A stretch of 64,000 bases of DNA from positions 77,314,001 to 77,378,000 of the forward strand of contig NW_027361738.1 in the NCBI RefSeq assembly GCF_039654945.1, in the 5' to 3' direction. Below are positions 38,063 through 50,466 of the stretch, one piece after another (the first letter of the stretch is position 1; each line of letters opens with the position of its first letter). This stretch comes from Dendrobates tinctorius. Lineage: Eukaryota. Below the pieces are notes generated by a model. The model was not told where the DNA came from, did not search any database, and worked only from the letters and a program-made list of their open reading frames with translations. The position numbers and the translations under genes were made by a program.

Positions 38063-38073
38063 TTATAGTCGGC
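38063..38073 (+). promoter_or_regulatory. Self-priming PBS of element B
   Basis: TTATAGTCGGC lacks the TGG of a tRNA PBS. It is complementary to GCCGACTATAG (37656-37666), 30 nt after the TATA-like TTTAAATA (37626). Confidence 0.8.
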
Positions 38074-38146
38074 CCAAATAATAAAGTGAGAGGAAAAAAA
38101 AAAAAAAAAAAAAGGGTATAGATAGGGAATATAGGGGTTACTTACT

Positions 38147-39004
38147 ATGGATCCTATACTTTCCCTAACCAAGCAGCTGGAGGCTCTATCCATACAGGTC
38201 ACTGAACTCAGGGGGGCGGTCCAGCAACAAGGCCTGTCAGCTCCTGCAGTACCTGCTGAGGCTGCAGCCAGGGCAGCTGAGCCCAAGTTTCCCCTTCCTG
38301 AACGATTTGCTGGTGATCGTGGTAAGTTCACGGTGTTTCGTGAATCATGCAAATTGTATTTCCGTATGCGTCCACATTCCTCAGGTAATGAGGCTCAACG
38401 CGTGGGCTTGGTGATTTCTTTGCTGAGTGGTGACCCACAGGCCTGGGCCTTTTCACTCCCTTCAGACTCACCGGCATTTGAATCTGTAGATTTTTTTTTC
38501 TCTGCTCTGGGTTTGATCTATGACGATCCGGATAGATTAAACTTAGCAGAGTCTAAGATACGCTCACTGCTACAGGGTGATCGACCAGCTGAGGATTACT
38601 GCACGGAATTCCGGCGCTGGGCAGTGGACACGCAGTGGAATGACCCTGCGCTTAGAAGTCAATTTTTGCATGGGGTTTCTGGAAGGGTTAAACAGACTCT
38701 CCTAATGTATGAGACTCCCGCCTCTCTGGAGGCTGCGATGGCACTTGTAGTACGCATAGACCGACGTCTCCGTCAGGGGGCGCTGGTTTCGTTGCCTCCG
38801 GGAGGTGGGGGAGTGGTCGGTGAGGTTGCCTCGGGTGAATCCGTGGAACCAATGCAGATCGCTGGTATAGCACAGTCACCGAGTAACAAGCCTAAACGTC
38901 CTTGGCACAGAAGGCAGGGGCTCTGTTTTTTTTGTGGCAAAGGAGGACATTTTATTAACGCTTGCCCCCTGGTACCTAAGAAGGGCGCGCCGGCGGAAAA
39001 CTGA
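38147..39004 (+). CDS. gag: Gag (Sushi/PEG10-like capsid plus CCHC knuckle), 285 aa
   Basis: EPKFPLPERFAGDRGKF, EPMQI and CFFCGKGGHFINAC. Open from ATG to TGA. Confidence 0.95.
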   Translation: MDPILSLTKQLEALSIQVTELRGAVQQQGLSAPAVPAEAAARAAEPKFPLPERFAGDRGKFTVFRESCKLYFRMRPHSSGNEAQRVGLVISLLSGDPQAWAFSLPSDSPAFESVDFFFSALGLIYDDPDRLNLAESKIRSLLQGDRPAEDYCTEFRRWAVDTQWNDPALRSQFLHGVSGRVKQTLLMYETPASLEAAMALVVRIDRRLRQGALVSLPPGGGGVVGEVASGESVEPMQIAGIAQSPSNKPKRPWHRRQGLCFFCGKGGHFINACPLVPKKGAPAEN

Positions 39005-39054
39005 TAGGCTCAGAGGGTTTGGAGGAGTCTAGTCTGAGCCTTTGTGTATCCTCT
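38995..39054 (+). promoter_or_regulatory. Probable -1 programmed ribosomal frameshift signal (G GAA AAC plus stem/pseudoknot)
   Basis: The heptamer immediately precedes the gag stop. AGGCTCAGA (39006-14) pairs with TCTGAGCCT (39033-41). Loop GAGGA pairs with TCCTC (39049-53). Confidence 0.75.
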
Positions 39055-42000
39055 GTCATGGTTTCCCAGTGTATGCTCCCTGCTAGGGTGGTACTTGGGG
39101 GGCAAATGCTCTCTATTACAGTATTTATTGATAGTGGCTCAGCTGCCAATCTCATTGATGAGAGGTTCGCGCATACAGCGGGATTTCCGGTGGAGAAATT
39201 GCCGAACCCCATCCGGGTGGTTACCATCAATGCTTCCCCGTTGTCTCAAGGGGAGATCACAGAGTGTGTGTTGGATATACAACTCCACATCGGAGTATTA
39301 CACTCAGAGCGGGTAACTTGTAAGGTGCTTAGTAACTTACCGGCTCAGATGGTTCTGGGCTTTCCATGGTTGTCAATGCATAACCCTGTTATTGATTGGA
39401 AGACCCAGGACATAATTCAGTGGAGCAGGGAGTGTCAGGAGAGGTGCCTGGCTACATGTATTTCCGCTTTGACCCCCAGTATCCCGGAGCCGTTGCTGGA
39501 TTATGCGGATGTATTTTCTGAGAAGGGTTGTTCGGAACTACCACCGCATCGCCCCTATGACTGTGCTATTAGGTTGAAACCAGGGGCCAAGTTACCTAAA
39601 GCTAGAATGTTTAATATCTCAGGTCCCGAGAGGCTAGCTCTCAAGGAAAACATTGCGGATAGCCTGAGCAAGGGTCATATTAGACCTTCCTCTTCTCCTC
39701 TGGCTGCTGGCTTCTTCTTTGTTAAAAAGAAGGATGGCGGTTTACGCCCGTGTCTGGATTTCAGAGAACTCAACCAGATTACGGTCCGTGATCCTTACCC
39801 TATGCCACTTATACCCGATTTATTCAACCAAGTGGTTGGTGCCAGGTGGTTCTCCAAACTGGACCTCAGGGGGGCGTACAATCTTATAAGAGTCCGTCAG
39901 GGGGATGAGTGGAAGACAGCGTTCAATACCCCTGAGGGTCACTTTGAGAGTTTGGTAATGCCGTTTGGGTTGACTATGGCACCGGCGGTCTTTCAACACT
40001 TCATTAATGATGTCTTCTCTCAGTTGTTGGGGAGGTTCGTTATAATTTATCTTGACGACATCCTCATTTTCTCTCGCGACCATGATACACATATAGAGCA
40101 TGTTAGACAGGTTCTGCAGTTGCTCAGAGAGAACAGGCTCTATGTCAAGCTTGAAAAATGTGTGTTTTTCGTACAGGAGCTACCGTTCTTGGGTTATATA
40201 ATCTCCGCCTCAGGTTTTAAGATGGACACCGCTAAGGTGCAGGCGGTACTACATTGGGATCGGCCTGATAATCTTAAGGCGCTTCAGCGATTTCTTGGCT
40301 TCTCCAATTACTATAGGAAATTTATTAAGAACTTCTCTATGATTGCCAAACCACTGAGTGACATGACTAAGAAGGGTACCGACTTTTCTGACTGGTCTGA
40401 GCCTGCGGTACAGGCGTTTGAATTCCTCAAGAATAGTTTTGCCTCAGCGCCCATTCTGGTGCAGCCCGATGTCTCCTTACCGTTTGTCGTGGAGGTGGAT
40501 GCGTCGGCGGTTGGAGTGGGGGCTGTACTGTCTCAGGGCCCTTCTTGGGCCAAGTTGCATCCGTGTGCCTTCTTCTCCAAGAAGCTGTCGCCTGCGGAGC
40601 GTAATTATGATATTGGCAACAGGGAACTATTGGCCATCAAATTGGCATTTGAGGAGTGGCGACACTTTTTGGAGGGGGCTGTTCATCAGATTACTGTGAT
40701 AACCGACCATAAGAATTTGCTTTATTTAGAATCTGCTAAGCGCCTGTCCTCCAGACAGGCTCGCTGGGCATTATTCTTCACCCGGTTCAACTTCATTGTT
40801 ACCTATCGACCTGGGTCGAAGAATGTTAAGGCAGACGCTTTATCCAGGTGTTTTCCTGGTGGAGAGTTATGTGAAGAGCCGGTGCCTATTCTCCAAAAGG
40901 GTGTGGTGGTATCTGCCATCACGACAGAGATTGAGGCAGAGATTGCGGAGGCTCAGGAGGTGGTACCGCCGGGGTTGCCTGCTAATAAATCTTTTGTGCC
41001 GCTACATCTACGCTCTAGAGTGTTGGGCGAACATCACGACACGGTACTGGCAGGTCATCCAGGGGTTAAGAGCACTCTGGAACTGGTATCGCGTCGTTTT
41101 TGGTGGCCTAAAATCCGGCAGGATGTGGCCTCATATGTGGCTGCCTGTACCACGTGCGCACGGGCCAAGACTCCTCGTTCCCGTCCCGCTGGTAGCTTGC
41201 AGCCTCTCGGGGTGCCCAGTAAGCCATGGACTGAGATTTCCATGGATTTTATTACTGACTTGCCCGCCTCGGCAGGGAACTCGGTCATTTTGGTAATTGT
41301 TGATAGGTTCTCCAAAATGTCACATTTCGTTGCTTTACCGTCTTTGCCCAATGCTAAGACTCTTGCTCAGATATTTATTCGCGAGGTGGTCAGACTTCAT
41401 GGTGTCCCGTCTGACATTGTGTCTGATCGAGGTACGCAGTTTGTGGCAAAGTTTTGGAGAGCTTTTTGTTCTCGCCTTGGAATCAAATTATCTCATTCAT
41501 CGGCTTTCCACCCTCAGTCGAATGGACAGACTGAGCGGATGAACCAAAACCTGGAGCAATACTTGCGCTGCTTTATTTCCGACAATCAGGAAGAGTGGTC
41601 AGCGTTTCTTCCTCTGGCAGAATTCGCAATAAACAACCATTGCCAGGAATCGTCTGGGGAATCTCCTTTTTTTTGTGTGTATGGTCAACATCCTCAATTT
41701 TGCACCTTGCGTCAGGGGTGCTCAGTTGGCGTCCCTGAGGAGGACCAGTTGGGAGCTCAATTGTCGTCTGTTTGGAGGAAAGTCAAGCAGCGCTTGTTGA
41801 AGGTGGGTTCCAGGTACAAACGGGTGGCTGACTGCAGACGTGTGCCAGGTCCGGACCTGTGTGTGGGTGATTGGGTGTGGTTATCTACTAGGAACATTAA
41901 GCTCAAGATACCGTCACTTAAGTTGGGTCCCAGGTTCATTGGTCCATTTAGAATCTCCGCAGTGATCAACCCCGTGGCATTTCGTTTGGAGTTGCCGGCT

Positions 42001-42375
42001 GTGTATAAGATTCATAATGTATTTCACAAAGCATTGCTAAAGAAGGTCGTGGGTTTGGTGGATGGTTCCCCCGGGCCACCACCTCCCGTCTTGGTGGATG
42101 GCGCGTTGGAATTTGAGGTGTCCAAAGTGGTGGACTCTAGGGTTGTGCGCCGCACTCTACAGTACCTGGTCCACTGGCGTGGTTATGGTCCTGAGGAGAG
42201 GACATGGGTGCCGGCCTCTGACATTCATGCTGATCGACTGGTTACTATGTTCCATCGTCGCCATCCGGACAAGCCAGGTCCTCGACATGGTGAGGTTCCG
42301 GAGGTCCCTCGTAGAAGGCGGGGTACTGTCATGTCGGACACTGTTCACACCAGGGTGTCCGGCAGACAGCGGTAA
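39001..42375 (+). CDS. pol: Pol (protease, RT, RNase H, integrase, chromodomain), in the -1 frame relative to gag
   Basis: FIDSGS, YLDDILI, VEVDAS, H-H-C-C, MDFITDL/SDRG/ERMNQ and FEVSKVVDSR...YLVHWRGY. Open for more than 1100 codons and overlaps the end of gag. Confidence 0.96.
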   Translation: MIGSEGLEESSLSLCVSSVMVSQCMLPARVVLGGQMLSITVFIDSGSAANLIDERFAHTAGFPVEKLPNPIRVVTINASPLSQGEITECVLDIQLHIGVLHSERVTCKVLSNLPAQMVLGFPWLSMHNPVIDWKTQDIIQWSRECQERCLATCISALTPSIPEPLLDYADVFSEKGCSELPPHRPYDCAIRLKPGAKLPKARMFNISGPERLALKENIADSLSKGHIRPSSSPLAAGFFFVKKKDGGLRPCLDFRELNQITVRDPYPMPLIPDLFNQVVGARWFSKLDLRGAYNLIRVRQGDEWKTAFNTPEGHFESLVMPFGLTMAPAVFQHFINDVFSQLLGRFVIIYLDDILIFSRDHDTHIEHVRQVLQLLRENRLYVKLEKCVFFVQELPFLGYIISASGFKMDTAKVQAVLHWDRPDNLKALQRFLGFSNYYRKFIKNFSMIAKPLSDMTKKGTDFSDWSEPAVQAFEFLKNSFASAPILVQPDVSLPFVVEVDASAVGVGAVLSQGPSWAKLHPCAFFSKKLSPAERNYDIGNRELLAIKLAFEEWRHFLEGAVHQITVITDHKNLLYLESAKRLSSRQARWALFFTRFNFIVTYRPGSKNVKADALSRCFPGGELCEEPVPILQKGVVVSAITTEIEAEIAEAQEVVPPGLPANKSFVPLHLRSRVLGEHHDTVLAGHPGVKSTLELVSRRFWWPKIRQDVASYVAACTTCARAKTPRSRPAGSLQPLGVPSKPWTEISMDFITDLPASAGNSVILVIVDRFSKMSHFVALPSLPNAKTLAQIFIREVVRLHGVPSDIVSDRGTQFVAKFWRAFCSRLGIKLSHSSAFHPQSNGQTERMNQNLEQYLRCFISDNQEEWSAFLPLAEFAINNHCQESSGESPFFCVYGQHPQFCTLRQGCSVGVPEEDQLGAQLSSVWRKVKQRLLKVGSRYKRVADCRRVPGPDLCVGDWVWLSTRNIKLKIPSLKLGPRFIGPFRISAVINPVAFRLELPAVYKIHNVFHKALLKKVVGLVDGSPGPPPPVLVDGALEFEVSKVVDSRVVRRTLQYLVHWRGYGPEERTWVPASDIHADRLVTMFHRRHPDKPGPRHGEVPEVPRRRRGTVMSDTVHTRVSGRQR

Positions 42376-43654
42376 TACCCTGTTGGGTATTCTGTTCCAG
42401 TTGGGATAGGGTTAACCAGGTTGTCATGCTGGCTGAGGGATGGGCCACGCCCTTGGTCTTTAAATAGTTCGTCCTGACTATGGGCGTCGCCGACTATAGC
42501 TTTAGCCTAGTGCTAGCAATACCGGTCAGCAGTGGTGGTGTTGGAGCGTCTGATAACTGGTGCAGTATATCCCTCAGTGGTTCTTTCTCCAATCTGTTAT
42601 ATATATATATATACTGTATATATATATATTTGGTTGCCCTTGCACATTATTGTATTCCCTTGTGTATTAACTGTGTGGTGTTTCTTTTACCCCTGTCCAT
42701 ACGTATTTGTGGGGTCTGGTGTCTGGTCCCCTCACTGGGTGGAGGGTGGTGGGTTCAGCTTAGGGCTGGACAGGAGACAGGGACAGGGTGGAGGCTCAGG
42801 CAGGCACACCTTCAGTGTAAACCCTGGGTAGAGGGACAGACAGGGTTCCCCTAGTCTGAGGGACATCGCAGGGGTCCCTGGGTTTCTGCCTAAAGTAACC
42901 TAGGCATACCATGACAGCGCCTGCCTGGAAGAGCTTGCTCTGATTTCTGCAGTTAACCATTTATATTCTGCTGCAGCATGTAAATGAACTGCAAAGTGTG
43001 CTCGTGAAGCAGCTACTATAACTCCCCTTTTGGTCAAGTAGTATAATAATGGGTTAAAATAGCATCTACAGTAAGGGCTTGTTATCTTCGTGCTTCAGAA
43101 GCTGTTCTTCATAGGACAACTGCAATTACCCTATATACTTCAATACTGTTGTATTACAGTAGTGATCGTAGCTTCAAGTCCCCTGTGGCTCAAACAAAAA
43201 AATAAAGTAAAACTTATTAAAAAAAAATTACAAATTAAAATTAAATTGCAAAAGTTTAAATCATTCCCTTTTTCACCAGACAATATAAATAAATTAAATA
43301 GGAAAAAAAAAACATATTTGGTATTTTCATGTCCATAAAAATGATCTATGAAAATATAAAAAATTTTTAAAGTGTTCTTTAAAGAGCGAAAAAATTAAAT
43401 GACACAACTATTGTTTGGTAGTCGCTGAACTTCATTGAAAAAATATAATAGAAAGCTAGCAAAATGTCATCTGTACCCTAAAATGGTTTCAAAGAGGAGT
43501 ACAGCTCAGCAAGCAAAATCTACAGACTCTGCTCTCTTCCTCTGTGAAGACGCTATTTTCACAAATTTATGGATATAATTGTGCTTAAAAAAAAGGATGG
43601 AATATAACCTTTGACCACCGGCTGGCACTTCATAGAGTTTTTATGTACTGTATG

Positions 43655-44697
<1,043 letters not shown>

Positions 44698-44945
44698 TGA
44701 CTAGCAAACCAGTAACTATGGATACAAGACTGGTCACACCGGGACCAAGGAATAAAGTTCAGGCTCTGGCAACACGAGGGCCTCACAACTCACTAGCAAT
44801 TCAACGAATGATTCACTACGTTGCTTGCTAGGGAAGAGGCAGTCTTTTATACAAGATGCCTCCCATCTATTGACCGGGAGCCATCTTGTAGGTGTACTAC
44901 TTGTGCTAAAAGCCTCTCAGCAACTGGCTTAGGGGAAAAAATAGA

Positions 44946-45484
44946 GATAATAAGGGTATTTAGTAAACATAATTTTGATCAAAATAATGTACAAGCCATC
45001 CCGCCACGTCATGGCAACCCTTTTGGGTCAGTCCCTACTCTAGTATTTAAAACCTTTTCACTTGCCAAGTGGCATGAATGTGAACAAGGGTCGAGCGGCT
45101 GAACCACTAGTAACAGCTTAGGCCAGACTGGATGGCTTTTGCTTTTTGTTTTCTCTGGTTAATGGTCATGTGTTGCACTTACATTGTGCATACACATTTA
45201 CTTACTTTTCTCAGTTCAGATTTGTTTTTTATTCAATTCATTGTGCATTCAGTGCATATATGGGTGTGACCGCCCTCTTTCTGAGCTGGGAAAGCCATCC
45301 AGTCTGGCCTAAGCTGTTACTAGTGGTTCAGCCGCTCGACCCTTATTCACAATCACGCCACTTGGCAAGTGAAAAGGTTTTAAATACTAGAGTAGGGACT
45401 GTCCCACAAGGGTTGCCGTGACGTGGCGGGATGGCTTGTACATTATTTTGATCAAAATTATGTTTACTAAATACCCTTATTATC
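44946..45484. repeat. ~195-bp inverted duplication (44946-45140 and 45291-45484)
   Basis: The arms are near-exact reverse complements. The spacer is itself a direct repeat of 45545-45643. Confidence 0.9.
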
Positions 45485-47844
45485 ATTACCTTTATGCATT
45501 ATTTGCAGTATACTTTTTACTTCTTTGTTCAGGATATTTGTGTTTTTTGCTTTTTGTTTTCTCTGGTTAATGGTCATGTGTTAATATGCACTTACATTGT
45601 GCATACACATTAACTTACTTTTCTCAGTTCAGATTTGTTTTTTAATATAATTGAGTGCAGAGATTGAGCCGTGGACAGAGCGCAGGCTAAGAGAGGGATG
45701 AGCGGTGTTAGTGACTGACACTTCTCCCCTGTGTGCCTGCGCCCCAACCATCACCGTGCTGAATGCCTGTGGCCAGAGAAAGGCGTCGGGCGGCCACAAG
45801 CATTCATCAGCTTTTTTTTTCAACATGCACTTCCCTTGGGTAGGCTAGCATTAGCGCCCTAGGCAGGTGCCTTCCCTGCCTACCCATTGTCCCTGCCCTG
45901 TAACCGGAATATCCTGTATGGAACAGGCTCAGATTCTGAGTGCACGCCATACACCCCAATATATAAACGCCATGGAGTGTTAAAGGATAAATGATCCATC
46001 TTAAGGATAACCACTTTTAACATAAATTAAAATATACAAAATTTAGTGTGTCCTCATAGTGTAACCTGTAGGTAAATAAGCCATTTTATAGACATCGGCA
46101 GCAAGAATGATTTCTGAAGTAGACGTTTCCTGCAGGAGACAAATAAGCAGAATTGCCATAAGACACAGCAGGTGAACCATTTTTGTTCATTTTATGCAGA
46201 TGTTTCTCAGATAAAATCTGCTTTTTCTGATACAGAAAAATGTCTTTCCTCCAGGTACAGTAAATTCTGTCTTATCATCTCAAAATGACGATTTTGACGA
46301 CGTTGTTTTACAAACTTTTATATTGACAACGGACGACTCATAAATCGGATTTCTTCCAAGGAACTTTTTCTTATCAATGTGAATAAATCCTGGGTTTTTT
46401 TTTGGATGTAGCCCAATGTAATAAATAGGCCACTTTATAAGGAAATACACCGGATGTAATCCAAATGTTGGTAAAGAAATTACCCTTAATTCAAAACTCA
46501 GTTTGGGTTCTAAATAGGATTGTATACAAGGTGCAAGTATGGAGTTATTAAAGGCTTCAAATAATACCTAAAAAAAGTTCCACAATATATATATAACTAT
46601 ATAAATAGCCTATATTAAAGAAGAGGAGCCAAAAAAAGAGTGAAAGAACAGCACTTTAAATGAATATGCATGAAGTAAATAATCAAACAAGTTCCTAATA
46701 ATCAGGAAAAAAAAATGTATGAAAGAATGCACAATGTGGAGCCGTAAAGCTAATTCTATATATGTATAGTAGGTGAAACACCTTTAAGTATATCATAGAG
46801 ATAAAAGCAGTAAAGAAAGGCAGTATATTATCTCCATTAATGCATATGATGTGCAGGTTGATTCATCATCAAAAATCAATAAAACATAATGCAAAAAGGT
46901 GCAGAGAGGGTAAATGGACCTGGCATAATTACCTTGGAGTGGATGACAGACCCTGACGCGCGTTTCATATTTAGTTTTAGCTTAGGGGAAAGTATCAGCC
47001 ACTCTAAAATAAGTAAGAAATTACATACAAATTACATACTGTTAGGGTTCGGGCACGTGACCTTATTTTCGGTCTGAGTGCGTGTTTTACCACGTCAAAG
47101 TGACAGGGCGGGAACGCCCTTACTTACGTAACGCTCACTAGTTAGGCACACTGAATACAGTTTTATGGTAAAACAATAATGTAACAATTTATTAAGATTA
47201 CATCCGGATAATGCTGAATTATGGAATGGCAGATATAAATATTACCCTGTTTTGTTAATTCATTTCATGTGAATCACACAATTAATATGAATTATAGTAC
47301 ATAGAGAAATAAGCATCAATACTTTACCAAGTATTGTAACATTGTGTTCATGGCAGGTACGAGGGATGCAGTGACGAGTCGCGATACGGATTGTGCTTTT
47401 GGTAACAACTTTTATAGATTGATAACGGTAGGGCTATCCTAAGCAACCACTCAAAATAACAGAAACTGTCCTCGCAGGGACTCGGTACAAGCAAACACAG
47501 GTTGGAAGCACACGACTACTCCGGCAATGGACTGTACTCATACTAGCCCAAATTTAACCCTACACTTACCCTACACTATGCACTACTTCTATGCTAGAGT
47601 TGTGGCTTCTTCAACAATACCCAACTTTAAAAGGACCTGCCATGGTGGTTTAATCCATTTAGTCTGAAAAGCTCATTTTCCTGCTTAAAACACGGCTTTG
47701 CAGAGACTGGCTTCTCTGAAAAAGAACAGTTATGAAAAGAACCTTTTTGGCAATGCTGAATAACATGGAAATAAGTTCTCTCCTGTTAGGAAAAAGTCTC
47801 TCTAAGGGAAGTTGTTACCCTGTAATTCAAAGTTAGAGCAGAGT

Positions 47845-47900
47845 CTTTCTCTTTATCTCTCTTTCTTTCTTTCTTTCTTTCTTTCTTTTTCTTTCTTTCC
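47845..47900. repeat. (TTTC)n/(TC)n microsatellite
   Basis: Directly visible. Confidence 0.85.
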
Positions 47901-49459
47901 CAAGAGATAGCTACTTTGCTTCCTTCCTGATGTACAGTATATACAATTTGATGAATTTGACGGAGGGAGTACTTATGCTCCTTGCAGCCCCAGCTCCTTC
48001 CCATCTCCGTCTCTGTCCCAAAGTGAAAACTTTTGTGGTTTAAATGTTTTTATGAATCGGCCCCACAATCTCCTAAAATGTAAGGCATATCCTATTATAA
48101 CAGTGAACAAGCAAAGGGGATGCTAGCAGATAAGAGATCATTTAGCCTGGGAACTAATTGAAAATTAAAGTGTACCTATCATCATTACAAATGCCTTTTC
48201 AGATTAAGGTGTTGTGTGTGTACATGAAAAATGATGCTATTTCTGGTCATTATATGACTTGTATTTTGTATTTTTCACCAGTTTTCCCCTCTGCAGGCTG
48301 TGTTTCTAGTTATCAGTTGTCTCTGAGCTAGTGGGTAGAGATGAGCTGCTATGATGTCTCGTACACACGCAGACATACAGGATTCCTGCTTTCATTTATC
48401 TTTGTCTGGAGCAGGATCAATTTTTCATGGTAAGTTATAAGTTTAAGAGGAAGGAAGGAAGGAGGAGAAGAAGAAGTGGTGCGTAAGTGGACAAAGGTGA
48501 ACATTTCTCTGACAAAGTATATTACAAAGTTTCTTATACTTTTTTTGTACTTTTTGTTTATGTGATGTTTGTAAAAAGAATAGCAGCTTTGAATGTAGAT
48601 GGAGGAATAGGCATAATATAAGTCAAAATCACAACATAATACATAGACAAAAGTGTTCTATAAATTTAAGGAGGTACTCTCACTATTTAAAGAGGGGAGT
48701 GTATGTTCTTATTTTTTCCAGCTGCTCCCCTAAGTATTCAGTTTTTTTATTTATTTTTTTTTAAATCCACCACACAAATCCAGAGATATTGGCCTCTTTA
48801 TAGTGCTGATTTTTACAGTCTTTACATGGGGGTGGAACTCACAGGGTGATTATGTAGAGCAGCCTAATGACACGCCTCTAGAGAGTCCTAAGAGACACAC
48901 CCACTTAGTTAAGAGCATGAAAACAGGCACTAAATAAAAAGGTCTGTATCTCTGGAAGTGAATGATGGATTTAAAAGAAAAACAAATCAAAATGCTTGAG
49001 ATCAGCGAGAATAAAATATTAGCAAGAACTGGACATTTTTCATCCGGAGGCAGTTCCCCCTCAAACTGTAAATTCATGGGGGATATGCTGTAATTTTTTG
49101 AAGGGCAGGAATCTATAAAGTTAATGAAAATTTACAGACAGATTCAGTGACGCATACAGAGCTATGGAATATGTGTCGGTCAGTTGCTCTACTAAAGTTA
49201 ATTATACAATACACTGTAAATTTACCAATATCCTAAAGTGTTTTTTTGTAAGAAATTTGTGTTTTCTGAAGTATTCAGACTGTCCCCGAGTAATCTTGCC
49301 CAAACCATTCCTGGTATGGGAGGGATTTAAATCTGGCATATGAGATTATATTCTACGTAAAATACACAGGACACTTCATGTTCCCGGCTAAAGGCTGCAG
49401 GCGTCTTGGATGAAATAGTGTTGTTGCTGCAAGGAAGATTTGCATTGACTTCTCCAAGG

Positions 49460-49477
49460 ATGGAACAAGACGGCGCG
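49460..49477 (+). CDS. STEAP4: Probable first coding exon of STEAP4 (MEQDGA)
   Basis: Good Kozak context AGGATGG, six codons, then a consensus GTAAGT donor in phase 0 matching the phase-0 acceptor at 51395. Confidence 0.6.
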
Positions 49478-50165
49478 GTAAGTACGGGCTCACTTACTGG
49501 CTCAGTGATCATTGGTATGTAAAACTAAATCCGACAGAGAGACTACATTACCAGCTGCGTAGATGCTGCCTTATATTCGCAGAAGTGTGTGGTAATGATA
49601 TGGGGAAGCAGCTACTTCGTTTGCCTTGTTCTGCTTGAAATATTTTGGAGTGTTGAAATTCTTGGCATGTGAAGTCATCTCTGTTTTAAAAGGAAATTAT
49701 CATCGGAAAGTAAAATTATTTCAATCAGGTTTTTACAATAAACATAGTTTTAGATTACTTTCTTGTTATGTAGCTATCCAATAAAAAATGAAATATTTTA
49801 GTTTCTATGTTTCCTGTTTATTGAAGCTCGCTATTTAGCTTTGCTGTGTAGATTGGGACAGAGACGTAGAAGGAAGATTTCATGACAACTCTATCGCACT
49901 GAGAGAAACTTAACTTAATATTTTGGAAAAACTTTTTATCTCCCTATCTATAGGATGAGGTTAACTGACTGATTGCTGGAGGTCTTATAGCTGGGACCCT
50001 CAGTGATGGTAAGATGTGGGCTCTGGAACCCGAGAACTGAGATCTGCAGAGCCAAGTCTTGAATGGAGCACAGGTGTACATGCTCAACCTCTGCACTATT
50101 CATTGTCTGAGGGACTGCTGGAAATAGCAGAGCACTCCTCTTTCTCTGTCTTAAAGAAAATTTAA

Positions 50166-50466
50166 AGGGATTGTCCAGGCTTAGGGCACAAGTCTGCAGT
50201 CACTCAGTGGGCACGCTGTCAGGAATTCTCCAAAGCCAGGTGCTGCTATTTGTATACATGCAGTCACATGCCAACTAGAAGTGCACAAACTTATTCAATA
50301 CATTTGAATTGAATGAGGCCTGACACGTCTAGTCAGAATGTGGCCGGAAGTATTCAAATCGCATTCTGCGCTTTTGGCATCGACACTCGCGAATCCTGAC
50401 AGCGTTACACTGTGAGGATTCACACTGAGTGACTGCAGACTTTAGCCCCAAACATCGACAACTCCT
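50166..50466. mobile_element. Kolobok/T2-type MITE
   Basis: TTAA|AGGGATTGTCC...AGTCTGCAGTCACTCAGTG is mirrored by CACTGAGTGACTGCAGACT...GACAACTCCT. Confidence 0.65.

Larger units (their letters stand above)
37494..42916 (+). mobile_element. Intact full-length Ty3/Gypsy chromovirus (Sushi/Tf1 group), element B
   Basis: LTRs at 37494-38062 and 42327-42916 (TGTCATG...CATGACA) are near-identical. TSD GCGCC. PPT AGAAGGCGGGGTAC. gag and pol are uninterrupted. Confidence 0.97.

Noticed and set aside
38147-42375. Domesticated PEG10/RTL-like host gene
   Set aside because: It has near-identical LTRs, a TSD and full RT/integrase, so it is a recent transposon insertion.
46945-46975. Hammerhead ribozyme (GAAACGCGCGTC on the minus strand; similar GAAACGCGTC at ~32815)
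   Set aside because: No CTGANGA core was found at a suitable distance. At most these are decayed remnants.
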